The translations under genes and the position numbers were made by a program. The notes under the pieces were generated by a model. That model saw nothing but the letters and a program-made list of their open reading frames with translations, was not told the DNA's origin and made no database searches. Shown in pieces: positions 19,950 to 29,691 of a stretch of DNA of 64,000 bases. Source of the DNA: an uncultured Hyphomicrobiales bacterium (GTDB taxonomy: Bacteria > Bacteroidota > Ignavibacteria > Kapaibacteriales > UBA2268); assembly GCA_964650885.1 (NCBI GenBank), contig CAZYXG010000002.1:7696-71695 (forward strand), in the 5' to 3' direction. Within the stretch, counting starts at the first letter, position 1; each line of letters opens with the position of its first letter.

Positions 19950-22397
19950 TTGAAAAATTACAGCAAAGAAGTTAAACTAAATCCATCACAACTTCGATGG
20001 ATTTGTCCACCCGAGAAATTAAATTTCAGCACCACAGCTGAGTTATCTCCTTTGGATAAAATTGTGGGACAACCCCGTGCTATCGAATCAATTCGTATGG
20101 GAGCTAAGCTTTGGGCTCGTGGCTATAATATGTTTGTTACTGGGCTTTCAGGCACAGGAAGAATGTCCGCCGTGAAACAAATCTTGGACGAAATCACAAC
20201 AGAATGCCCAATGCTTTATGATTTCTTGTATGTAAATAATTTCAAAGATACATCAAAACCATTTTTAATCAGATTGCACAAAGGATCAGGCAAAGTTTTC
20301 CAAAAAGCAATTAAGGATAATATTGATGTAATCAAGCTCAGATTACCACTACTTTTTGAAGAAGAACCATTCCACACGGATCGCAAGAAAATAATCGAAA
20401 AGTACAACAATACTGAAAGAAAAGCACTAAAAGACTTCGATAAAAAAATTGAAGCCGATGGCTTTGTTCGTGGTCAATTAGAGCTTGGCTCGGGGCATCC
20501 AGTTCAAGAAATTTTTGTTATAGTCAATGGCGAACCAGTTCAGATAGATCAAATTGATGAAATAGCTTCGACAGCTAAATTAAAAATTACTCAAATAAAA
20601 AAACTAAAAACACTTTATATTAAATATAAAGATGAGTTAGTTACTTTGGCGAGAAGCAGTTTTAAAAAAATGAAACTGCTTAAAGCTTCAGTTAATCTTA
20701 CTGACAAAGCTGCTGCTAAGCTCTATTTAGATAGTTTATTTTTGGATATAACCGAAAAGTACAAAACAGTTTTTGTTGAAGCATATATAGAAGATATGAA
20801 AGAATTTATCTTGAATAATCTTCCATTATATGTTCCATCTACTAGCATTATACCTATTGCTTTGCAGGGCGATGAAAGCATACCTCAAGATATATATTCA
20901 GTGTTTGAAGTAAATCTATTATTGGATAACTCAGATTCCAATTGTGCTCCAACCATTATTGAAAGAATACCAAATTACACAAATCTATTCGGCACATTCG
21001 ATAAAGTCTATGATGCTCGTGGTTTTTGGCGTTCCGACTTCTCTAAAATAAAAACTGGTTCACTTTTACAAGCAGACCAAGGTTACTTAATAGTAAATGC
21101 CGATGATTTATTTAGCGAACCAGGCGTTTGGCAAGCACTAAAACGTGTATTGTTATATAGCAAATTGGAAATGCAAACAGTTGAGCAGTACTATCAAATG
21201 GCACAGTCTCACCTGAAACCAGAGCCAATTGATGTGAACTTAAAAATAATAATTATTGGTGGACAAACTCTTTATCGCTTCCTTTACGAAAACGAAAAAG
21301 GATTTAAAAAGATATTTAAAGTGAATGCACAGTTCGATTATGAAACTGATTTGACCGATGAATACATTGTTTACTATGCCCAATTTATTTCTAAAATTTG
21401 CAAGAAAGAAAATTTAGTTCATTGCACACAAGATGGTGTTGCTGAAATTATTCAATGGGCCGTAGCTCAATCTGGCTCACAAACTAAGATTACTCTTAAA
21501 TTTTCCGACGTAGCTGATTTGCTTAGAGAAGCATCTTTCTATGATAGAGATATTAATAAAAAGTTTATTGACAAAGAAGATGTTAAAAAAGCAATATATT
21601 GGAAACGCAAAAGAAGCGACCTTTACGATGAGAAAATGAAACAATCAATAATAGAAGGAGATGTATTGATTGATACTTTCGGCAGTCGTGTTGGTCAAAT
21701 CAATGGTTTAACTGTTATGGACACTGGACAGTATAGTTTTGGAAAACCTGCCAGAATCACTGCAAATGTTTCTGCTGGCGACTCAGGAATCATAAATGTT
21801 GAAAGGGAAGTTGAACTTTCTGGCTCTATCCACGATAAAGCAGTAATGATTATTAATTCTTACTTACAAGAAAATTTTGGAAAAATTAAGCCAATATCAC
21901 TTTCCATTTCAATTGCTTTCGAGCAAAACTATGGCGGAATTGATGGCGATAGTGCATCTATAGCTGAAATGTATGTGCTTTATTCTGCTCTTACGAACAT
22001 TCCTCTAACTCAACAGCTTGCCATCACTGGATCTATGAACCAAAAAGGCGATGTGCAGCCAATAGGAGGCTTAAATGAAAAGGTAACTGGTTACTTTGAG
22101 ATTTGCAGAGATAGAGGATTAACTGGTACACAAGGTGTCGTAATCCCAATTCAAAACGTGAAAGATTTAATGCTTGATGACGAAATTACCGAAGCAGTAG
22201 AGCAAGGTAAATTCCACATTTATTCAATCAATAGAATTGAAGAAGGTGTTAAGTTATTCTTTGGAATTGAATATGAGGAATTCGATAAAAACGGAAAATT
22301 GACTAAAAACTGTTTGAAATATTTAATTGAGCATAATCTTGAAGAGCTGAGATTAGCTTCTGATTCCGACAACAAAAAAAGCAAGAAAAAGAAATAA
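19950..22397 (+). CDS. Lon-like S16 serine protease with a degenerate AAA+ module (LonC/LonB-like)
   Basis: The C-terminal proteolytic domain reads IDGDSASIAEMYVLYSALTNIPLTQQLAITGSMNQKGDVQPIGGLNEKV (Ser-Lys dyad context). The N-terminal P-loop-like GLSGTGRMS lacks the invariant Lys. 815 aa. It starts 23 nt after the C25 gene, and the rpe start overlaps its stop. Confidence 0.7.
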   Translation: MKNYSKEVKLNPSQLRWICPPEKLNFSTTAELSPLDKIVGQPRAIESIRMGAKLWARGYNMFVTGLSGTGRMSAVKQILDEITTECPMLYDFLYVNNFKDTSKPFLIRLHKGSGKVFQKAIKDNIDVIKLRLPLLFEEEPFHTDRKKIIEKYNNTERKALKDFDKKIEADGFVRGQLELGSGHPVQEIFVIVNGEPVQIDQIDEIASTAKLKITQIKKLKTLYIKYKDELVTLARSSFKKMKLLKASVNLTDKAAAKLYLDSLFLDITEKYKTVFVEAYIEDMKEFILNNLPLYVPSTSIIPIALQGDESIPQDIYSVFEVNLLLDNSDSNCAPTIIERIPNYTNLFGTFDKVYDARGFWRSDFSKIKTGSLLQADQGYLIVNADDLFSEPGVWQALKRVLLYSKLEMQTVEQYYQMAQSHLKPEPIDVNLKIIIIGGQTLYRFLYENEKGFKKIFKVNAQFDYETDLTDEYIVYYAQFISKICKKENLVHCTQDGVAEIIQWAVAQSGSQTKITLKFSDVADLLREASFYDRDINKKFIDKEDVKKAIYWKRKRSDLYDEKMKQSIIEGDVLIDTFGSRVGQINGLTVMDTGQYSFGKPARITANVSAGDSGIINVEREVELSGSIHDKAVMIINSYLQENFGKIKPISLSISIAFEQNYGGIDGDSASIAEMYVLYSALTNIPLTQQLAITGSMNQKGDVQPIGGLNEKVTGYFEICRDRGLTGTQGVVIPIQNVKDLMLDDEITEAVEQGKFHIYSINRIEEGVKLFFGIEYEEFDKNGKLTKNCLKYLIEHNLEELRLASDSDNKKSKKKK

Positions 22398-23065
22398 TGA
22401 GAAATATTAGAATTGCACCTTCGATGCTATCTTGCGATTTCGCAAATTTAGAATCGGAAGTGAGAAAATGTGAAACTGCCAAAATTGAAATACTGCACGT
22501 AGATGTAATGGATGGGCATTTTGTACCAAACATTACAATTGGCCCACTAATCGTAAATGCAATTAGACCCAAAACAGAGCTAATTCTTGATTGCCATTTA
22601 ATGATTTCCAATCCAGATAATTATATTGAAGATTTTCGAAAAGCTGGAGCTGATTGGATTTCTGTCCACGTGGAAGCGAGCAATCATTTACATCGAACTT
22701 TAAGCAGAATAAAAGAAATAGGAGCAAAAGCAGGGGCTGTTTTAAATCCTATCACTCCACTTGAATATGCATTTGAAGCAGCAGAATATTGCGATTTTAT
22801 CCTGTTAATGTCCGTAAATCCAGGTTTTGGTGGACAAAGCTTTATTACTTCTTATTTGAAACGTTGCGAAAAGTTGAAAAACTATTTAATCAAAAATGGT
22901 TTGGAACACGTATTTATTGAAGTAGATGGTGGAGTGAAAATAGATAATTGCTTAAAAATAGCAAATGCTGGCACAGATGTATTAGTTTCTGGCTCTGGTT
23001 TGTTCAGTGGTAACTTCGCCGAAAACGTAGTTGCAATGAATAAAGAGCTATCCAAAGCAAAATAA
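22397..23065 (+). CDS. rpe: ribulose-phosphate 3-epimerase
   Basis: MRNIRIAPSMLSCDFANL...HVDVMDGHFVPN...VNPGFGGQSF. These are full-length Rpe motifs. 222 aa. Confidence 0.9.
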   Translation: MRNIRIAPSMLSCDFANLESEVRKCETAKIEILHVDVMDGHFVPNITIGPLIVNAIRPKTELILDCHLMISNPDNYIEDFRKAGADWISVHVEASNHLHRTLSRIKEIGAKAGAVLNPITPLEYAFEAAEYCDFILLMSVNPGFGGQSFITSYLKRCEKLKNYLIKNGLEHVFIEVDGGVKIDNCLKIANAGTDVLVSGSGLFSGNFAENVVAMNKELSKAK

Positions 23066-23071
23066 TAACAA

Positions 23072-24199
23072 TTAGAAATTAAAATAAATTGTTACGTTGT
23101 GGTTGATTTGGTTTTCTATTAAAAATTCTTTAGCCACAGAATAATCTATTGTAGTTTTAAAAGGCAAATTTTCTATATTTGGTCTTATGGATAATCCCAA
23201 AGACCATTTATTCATTGGCAAAAGTTTTGAAACGTGATTGTCCTCGCTATAAAGTGCAATTCCACCTCGGAAACCTAAATATTCGTGTACTATGGCTTCC
23301 GCTCCTAAAACAAATGTAGGAGATTTTTCAAATTGATTAATAACTCCATCAACTGAAAAAATAATATATTTTCTAGCAGGTAGATATATCTCTTCGCTTT
23401 CCTCTTGATTGTCGGCCATTTTAGCATTTATTTTTTCGTCATCTAAGCCATATTGCCAAGCAACTCCTGTCCTTACTGAATATGGAATTTTATCAACATT
23501 ATATTTATCTGTATTCCAAATCATAGTACCGCCCAAATTTTGAATAGTTGCTCCAAATGTAAACATTTCCAGCACATTGAACTTTGTGCCAATATCAATT
23601 CCAAAACCATCTGCATAAAGTCCAGAGCTTTGCAAGTTTTGTTTGAAAAACTTAGTAGCAACTCCAATAGACATAGACTCTTTTTTATAAGCCACACCCA
23701 TTGCTAAATTGTATTGCCAATCGGTAAATCTTCCTAACTCTCTTCCACGTGCATCTCTTGCTGTAAAACCACCAGAATTAAAGCTATTCAATCCAATTCC
23801 TATTCCAATATTCTCATTAATAGACTGACCGTAAGCAAAATTCGAATAAATTCTGTCGAAGCCAGCATTTGTAACTGAAGTAACAATATTTGCACTCTCG
23901 GAAAGGTTAGTAAGCCCAGCAGGATTATAGAATAATGTAGTTGCATCATCGCTTATAGCTGTGAAAGCTCCACTCATTCCAGAAGCTCTAGCGCCAATAT
24001 CCCTAAAAGAATACGCAGCTGAATAACCACCACCAGAATTTTGTGCTAAAAGATTGAAAGACATTAAAAATGCAAACAAAATAAAATTCAATAAGAAAGC
24101 AAATAATAGCGAAAGATAGTACTTCGCATTTTTTTGCTTCAGATAAGAATTATTTGGATAAAATTCGCCAATCCAAAAATCTTGTTTAATATTAGTCAT
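23072..24199 (-). CDS. FadL/PorV-family outer-membrane beta-barrel protein (T9SS-associated PorV-like)
   Basis: Signal peptide. The mature N-terminus GARASGMSGAFTAISDDATTLFYNPAGL matches the FadL/PorV hatch motif (G..G.A.aDDA....NPA.L). The C-terminal residue is Phe (…TIYFNF). 375 aa fits a PorV-sized 14-strand barrel. The start codon is uncertain; a long N-terminal leader precedes the hydrophobic core. Confidence 0.5.
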   Translation of the reverse strand: MTNIKQDFWIGEFYPNNSYLKQKNAKYYLSLLFAFLLNFILFAFLMSFNLLAQNSGGGYSAAYSFRDIGARASGMSGAFTAISDDATTLFYNPAGLTNLSESANIVTSVTNAGFDRIYSNFAYGQSINENIGIGIGLNSFNSGGFTARDARGRELGRFTDWQYNLAMGVAYKKESMSIGVATKFFKQNLQSSGLYADGFGIDIGTKFNVLEMFTFGATIQNLGGTMIWNTDKYNVDKIPYSVRTGVAWQYGLDDEKINAKMADNQEESEEIYLPARKYIIFSVDGVINQFEKSPTFVLGAEAIVHEYLGFRGGIALYSEDNHVSKLLPMNKWSLGLSIRPNIENLPFKTTIDYSVAKEFLIENQINHNVTIYFNF

Positions 24200-24203
24200 T
24201 TGT

Positions 24204-24671
24204 TTACCTTGAAATAATGAACTTCTCGGCTTTTCTTATGCCTTTGAAGTACAAAACGCAGAGGTATATACCATTTGGTAAGCTAACAGTGGAAAATTCA
24301 AATTTATCGTCACCCTTTTTCGGGTAACCTCTATAAATTTCAAGAACTTCTTTCCCCAGCATATTATAGACAACAAGACCCATTTCACTGTTGTAATCGT
24401 CTAATTCGATTATTGCAGTCATTCTTTCTTTGCCATTGCTATAAAGCTGTTTGAATCTAGCACTTGAGCCACTTGAATCAATACCGTAAACTCTTTGTTC
24501 ACTTACTCTGCTTGATTTATTTTTAGCAAAATTAGTGCCATTGGTTTTTTGTGAGGATTTTTTTAAAAATTGGTAGTTTAAAATAGGATTTGCTTCTGAT
24601 TTCAAAGAAAATGAAATCAAATACGTTACAATTAGTAGAAGTGTAATGTTATTTTTTGTAGATTGTAACAA
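24204..24671 (-). CDS. minimal T9SS cargo: signal peptide, ~60-aa passenger, C-terminal sorting domain
   Basis: 155 aa. The C-terminal 70 aa (GLVVYNMLGKEVLEIYRGY...LPNGIYLCVLYFKGIRKAEKFIISR) resemble Por_Secre_tail. It lies 4 nt upstream of the PorV-like gene on the same strand. Confidence 0.5.
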   Translation of the reverse strand: MLQSTKNNITLLLIVTYLISFSLKSEANPILNYQFLKKSSQKTNGTNFAKNKSSRVSEQRVYGIDSSGSSARFKQLYSNGKERMTAIIELDDYNSEMGLVVYNMLGKEVLEIYRGYPKKGDDKFEFSTVSLPNGIYLCVLYFKGIRKAEKFIISR

Positions 24672-24726
24672 ATCAGACGCTTTTAGGTTATTTTCTTTAG
24701 AAAATTATTTGTTTTCCAAAAAAAGA

Positions 24727-27700
24727 ATGAAATATAAAGTAATATACATATTTTTTCTGTGCTTGTTTCAAATGCAATCACAAAATTTGAAGATTTACAA
24801 TGTAAATACTAGTAACTATCCAAGTGTTACTGCTAAAGTTGTTGTAAACGATTCAATGGGGAACATAATTTATGGTTTGACCAAAAGTAACTTCCTGCTT
24901 CAAGAAAATGGCAATTTGGTTACCGATTTTACTTTAACTTGCCCAACAGCAAGCTCTCCAAATCCTTTATCTACTATTCTATTGCTAGATATATCAACTT
25001 CTATGAAAGTAAACAACAGATTGTCTTTGCTAAGGGCTTCAGCTGATTTGTGGCTTAAAAATATGGATTTGAAACTCGATGAGACAGCAATTGTAACTTT
25101 TGCCGATTATGCTATTCTAAATTCTAATTTCACCAATGATACAGCTAAGCTTAGAAAATCAATAGAAATCATTAAACTTAGAGATGGTACAGATTTCAAT
25201 CAAGCTTTTAACAATATGTTCTTTGGTGCTTTGAAAGTATCCCAAAATTCCAAAAATCGTCCTAATATAATCTTACTCACAGACGGAGTAGGGGATTTGG
25301 ATGAAGAAGATGTAATCTTAAAAGCTATTGCTCAAAATGCGACTATTCATTGTGTAACTATTGAGATGGATATTCCAGAAAATCTAAAAAAAATTGTGGA
25401 AGCTACTGGTGGTCTATATTTCTCTAAACTTTATAATGAAAATCAAGTGTTAGATGCATTTGGTATGATTAAAACATTAATCACTTACAATAAACCCTGC
25501 ACTATTGCTTGGGAATCTGGCGGTTGCCTGAACGACAAAGATGCAAAACTTATATATTTGCCATTGGACATCTCTAACAATATTCAATTCAATGGGATTG
25601 ACACATTAAAGCCAAAATTAGAAATAGATAAACCGTATAAATATTTTTCTGATTTCTCTCGCAGTGAAATTCTAACTATTACAGCTCGCAATTCAGACAT
25701 TCAGATAAATGGAATTTCTATGAATAGACAAAATTTCAATTTTGCTTATTTGGATAGTATTCCCAAGCCAAACTTCATACTGAAAAAAGATCAATCATTT
25801 AAAATCAATATATTTACAAATAAAGTTGGCGATGAGTTTGTGCTGTGCACTTATACGATAGATGCCTCTACTTGCTCTGGAAATCAAATTCTTGCTTCTT
25901 ATGGTAAGTCAGGAGTAACACCTGGTAGTAACAATATTCGAATTATTATTCCAAATGGAGGAGAAGAATTTCCTGCGGGTTCAACTCAACCAATTAAATG
26001 GACTGGCACAATTCCTAATCAAGCTATCAAAGTGGAAACTTCCACAAATGAGGGAAAACAGTGGACGCAAGTAAACAACCCCATAATTAAAAACACCATA
26101 CTCTGGGAAACCCCAAACATCAATTCAACAAAATGTTTAGCAAGAGTTACTCAATCAGATTCCAGCTATGGCAAAAATTATATGAACATCAGCACTGATT
26201 CCATTACAATTTATTCTGTGGATTGGTCCAACGATGGAAATAAAATAGCTGCTGCAAGGCAAGATTCCGCAATTTCGATTTATAACGCAATATCTGGCAA
26301 ATTAATTACGACTAGAAAATATCACAACGGAGTTGTAAAAGCAATTCGTTGGAGTCCCGATGGTATTCGCCTCATTTCAGGTGGTTCAGATTCAGTTGCC
26401 TATATCTATGACTCATTTTCAAGCCAAATAACTGACACAATTAAAGGTTTCAATGGCGAAATTAACACAATAGATTGGAATAGCATTGGCAATTCTATTG
26501 TTTTTGGCTGCTCCGATAGCACAATTAGCACTTTGACTTTTGAATCGGGTGGTGGTAAAACATTTAAAAGAAGTAAAGTTGCAAACGGAAAAATTAACGC
26601 AGTTCGCTTTAGCCCAAATTCTGAATTTATTGCTGTTGCTGCAAACGATAGCTTAGTAAAAATTATTGACGCTAAAAGATTATTAATTATTGATACATGC
26701 TTCGATGTCAATACAATAAGCTCCCGCACAAGTCATAATGGCTTCGTTTCGGGTGTGGCTTTCAATAAAAAAGGCGATAAAATTGTTTCGGTTGGAAGTG
26801 GACAAGATAAATTAGCCAAAGTGTGGAGTGTAATCCCTGGCAAACCTACTTTGCTTTTCACATATAGAAATCACCTAAGCAGTCTGCTTTCTGTGGATTG
26901 GTCTTGGTATTCAGATTTAATTGCAACTTGCGGAATTGACTCTAAAGTAAATGTATGGGTCTATGCCAATGGGCAATCAATTGAAAAGTATAATTTCAAT
27001 AGCAATTGGAATCAATTTAGTGTAAAGTTCAGTCCAGACGGTTCGAGAGTTGTTGTGGGTACAGATGGAATCAATCAAAAAGAGAAAATAAATCTATATT
27101 CAATTGATATTTTCCCATTCCAACAAGCTACTTCCGATAGCACTTTTTCGCTTGTTAAATATAATTTTGCAGGACAAAATGTAAATTTTGGAGATGTGAA
27201 AGTTGGAAAAATCACACAAAAAGAATATCCTTTAAATGACTATTTTACAATGACTTCCAATGGTACGGTTAAGATTGATTCTTTAATTGTTCCTTCTAAT
27301 TTATTCACGGCAAGTTTGAGTGGTAATCTTGTTACTAAAACTTCCCAAGCCACTATAGGTTTCTATTTCACACCACCTACAGTCGGAGCATTTAGTTCAG
27401 ATCTTTTCATTTATACAAGTATTGGCAAATTTACATATAAAATCATTGGCAATGGAATTCAAAACGATATTGAAATCAACGATTATAATTTTGGTAAAAT
27501 TGAAAACTTAAGTACTAAGGAATCAAAAGTAATTGAACTACTAAATAAAACAAATAGAACAATAAACATTAAGAATATAACACTTACTCAAAATCAAGAA
27601 GTATTTAAATTTTTAGAAAACTACACAAACTTTTCATTATCCCCATATCAAAAAGACACAATTAGAATAAATTTTGAACCAAAAGTATCAGAAGTTTTTG

Positions 27701-29691
27701 GTTCACAGTTAGATATAGAAACTTCTTCAGATACAATCAATTCATTTGTTTTAGGTGAATCGGCCGAACCTAATTTGATTTATCCTGACTCAGTAGATTT
27801 GGGAACATTAGTTTGCGATTTAAGAATATTAACAAAGATAAAGCTAATCAATACTGGTAAGTTTCCATTTAAAACAACAGATGTAAAATTTGCTAAGGAT
27901 AATTTCCGTTGTTATCAGCCAATATTTACAATCGCTCCAAAAGATAGTTTCGAAATTGAATTACTATTCGATAATCCTGTTTCTAATAATTTTAGCGATA
28001 CTTTATATATATACTCAAGTAATCTTAAATATAAGAATGTGATTGCAATACCACTAAAGTATATGTACTTCGATAAAACTTTTACATTCAATAAAAACAA
28101 AATTGAATATAAGAATGTTGAGCCAAATACAGTATCTTATAGCACTTTGGAAATTACTAACACCAGCAAAGTTCCTTTTGCTTGGGCTTTGCCTCTACCT
28201 TTAATAATTAATCAGTATTTTTCAATTGAAAGTTACTCTCCGAATCCGACTGTTTCTGGAGCAACTTCCACAATTACATTCAAGTTCAATGGTGGTGAAA
28301 AAGGATTAGTTTCTAATTTTGAATTCCCGTTCACAATTTGTGATAATTCCAATACTTTAACACTTTTTGCTTATGTTAAAAGTGATAATCCATTAATACT
28401 AACTTCATCTTTAAAGCATAATGACTTATTGTGTAGCGATTCGAGCCAAACTTATAGTGTCAATGTAAATAATGCTGGGGGAGATGTCCTAAAAATATCC
28501 TCAATTGAATTTGCAGGAGCGAATAAAGACAATTTCATCTTAATAGACAAATTGCCATTTGAATTAAATTTCGGTGAGAATAAAGAAATCAATTACAGTA
28601 TAAATACAAATAAATCAGGTGTTTATAAAGCTGATTTGAAAATAAAATGCAACGATGCAAACTATGCTAAAACAGATTCAAGTGTAATTATTCCAATGCA
28701 ATTCAATAAATATGAATCTAGCTTCAATCTTTCTATTAACTCATTGGAATTCAAATTTATTGGACTTAATAACCCAGGTTCTCAAAGTATTGAGGTAATC
28801 AATACTGGTACTCAGAGTTTATATCTAAATCAATCTAATTTAAGTGATTATGATATTACTATTAACCCCAATCCAGTGCCAGTTGGAGCTAGTGGAACTG
28901 TTACTATCCTATATAAAGGAAACGTCCCAACCAATATTCAATTAAGTGATTTAGTGTTGTTTGATTCATGCAATAATACAAACTTATTGAGTCTAAAAGT
29001 TCTCCCTGCCGATTTGGCAAGTTTCGATTTGCAAGTTGCTAGCGACACGATAGATGTTGGTGATATATTTGAAATACCAATACGCTTATCGAATGGTTAT
29101 AAACTTGAACAATCTAATTTAGAAGCCATTACAGTGAAATTCTCTGTGAATAGAACTATATTGCAAAATCAAGGGTTAATTGATAACTCAACTACTTTAA
29201 GCAACAATGAGCGTATGTTTAGTGTACGTTTCCCAATTGTTAATTATAATGAAATAGAGCTTGGCAAATTGAAATTCAAATGCCTTTGGGGTAATGACTC
29301 CATTAGCAGAATAGAGATTAAAGAAATTAAATATGAAGGAAAGAACGTATCAGCTATAAATACTAATAAGTTAAATGGTTTTGCTTTGGTAAATGATTTA
29401 TGTTATGCTGGTGGTAAAAGATTATTTGTAGATAAATTTAGCAGTACTAATAGCATCAGTTTCTCATTCGATGAAAGTGGACAACTGATTGTTAATACTA
29501 AAACTCCATTAACTTTACATTCACTTACTTTAAATTCTGCAAACGGCAGCCAATTACTAAATGAGTCCATATTAATGTTAATTTCAGGTAATAACAAAAT
29601 AAAAACCCCAAAATTAACTTCTGGGGTTTATCTAATTCATTATGAATTCAATGGAGTGAAAAATTCTCAAAAGATTGTTGTAACCTATTGA
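24727..29691 (+). CDS. 1655-aa secreted multidomain protein: VWA domain, WD40 beta-propeller, multiple Ig-like/PapD-like repeats, T9SS C-terminal sorting domain
   Basis: The likely start MKYKVIYIFFLCLFQMQSQ at 24727 gives a signal peptide (the tracked ORF begins 24646). The VWA/MIDAS region reads ILLLDISTSMKVNNRLSLLR...VTFAD. There are ~7 WD-like repeats (SVDWSNDG..., RWSPDG..., DWNSIG..., RFSPNS..., AFNKKGDKIVSVGSGQD..., KFSPDG...). The C-terminal segment ...SGVYLIHYEFNGVKNSQKIVVTY is CTD-like. Confidence 0.7.
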   Translation: MKYKVIYIFFLCLFQMQSQNLKIYNVNTSNYPSVTAKVVVNDSMGNIIYGLTKSNFLLQENGNLVTDFTLTCPTASSPNPLSTILLLDISTSMKVNNRLSLLRASADLWLKNMDLKLDETAIVTFADYAILNSNFTNDTAKLRKSIEIIKLRDGTDFNQAFNNMFFGALKVSQNSKNRPNIILLTDGVGDLDEEDVILKAIAQNATIHCVTIEMDIPENLKKIVEATGGLYFSKLYNENQVLDAFGMIKTLITYNKPCTIAWESGGCLNDKDAKLIYLPLDISNNIQFNGIDTLKPKLEIDKPYKYFSDFSRSEILTITARNSDIQINGISMNRQNFNFAYLDSIPKPNFILKKDQSFKINIFTNKVGDEFVLCTYTIDASTCSGNQILASYGKSGVTPGSNNIRIIIPNGGEEFPAGSTQPIKWTGTIPNQAIKVETSTNEGKQWTQVNNPIIKNTILWETPNINSTKCLARVTQSDSSYGKNYMNISTDSITIYSVDWSNDGNKIAAARQDSAISIYNAISGKLITTRKYHNGVVKAIRWSPDGIRLISGGSDSVAYIYDSFSSQITDTIKGFNGEINTIDWNSIGNSIVFGCSDSTISTLTFESGGGKTFKRSKVANGKINAVRFSPNSEFIAVAANDSLVKIIDAKRLLIIDTCFDVNTISSRTSHNGFVSGVAFNKKGDKIVSVGSGQDKLAKVWSVIPGKPTLLFTYRNHLSSLLSVDWSWYSDLIATCGIDSKVNVWVYANGQSIEKYNFNSNWNQFSVKFSPDGSRVVVGTDGINQKEKINLYSIDIFPFQQATSDSTFSLVKYNFAGQNVNFGDVKVGKITQKEYPLNDYFTMTSNGTVKIDSLIVPSNLFTASLSGNLVTKTSQATIGFYFTPPTVGAFSSDLFIYTSIGKFTYKIIGNGIQNDIEINDYNFGKIENLSTKESKVIELLNKTNRTINIKNITLTQNQEVFKFLENYTNFSLSPYQKDTIRINFEPKVSEVFGSQLDIETSSDTINSFVLGESAEPNLIYPDSVDLGTLVCDLRILTKIKLINTGKFPFKTTDVKFAKDNFRCYQPIFTIAPKDSFEIELLFDNPVSNNFSDTLYIYSSNLKYKNVIAIPLKYMYFDKTFTFNKNKIEYKNVEPNTVSYSTLEITNTSKVPFAWALPLPLIINQYFSIESYSPNPTVSGATSTITFKFNGGEKGLVSNFEFPFTICDNSNTLTLFAYVKSDNPLILTSSLKHNDLLCSDSSQTYSVNVNNAGGDVLKISSIEFAGANKDNFILIDKLPFELNFGENKEINYSINTNKSGVYKADLKIKCNDANYAKTDSSVIIPMQFNKYESSFNLSINSLEFKFIGLNNPGSQSIEVINTGTQSLYLNQSNLSDYDITINPNPVPVGASGTVTILYKGNVPTNIQLSDLVLFDSCNNTNLLSLKVLPADLASFDLQVASDTIDVGDIFEIPIRLSNGYKLEQSNLEAITVKFSVNRTILQNQGLIDNSTTLSNNERMFSVRFPIVNYNEIELGKLKFKCLWGNDSISRIEIKEIKYEGKNVSAINTNKLNGFALVNDLCYAGGKRLFVDKFSSTNSISFSFDESGQLIVNTKTPLTLHSLTLNSANGSQLLNESILMLISGNNKIKTPKLTSGVYLIHYEFNGVKNSQKIVVTY

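Noticed and set aside
19950-22397. The Lon-like gene as BrxL of a BREX defence system
   Set aside because: No PglX methyltransferase, PglZ, BrxC or BrxA/B genes are present nearby. The neighbours are a C25 peptidase and rpe.
24646-24726. A 27-codon N-terminal extension of the VWA-WD40 giant (track start 24646)
   Set aside because: It would overlap the divergent mini-cargo gene and lacks a signal peptide, whereas the internal MKYKVIYIFFLCLF gives a proper signal sequence.
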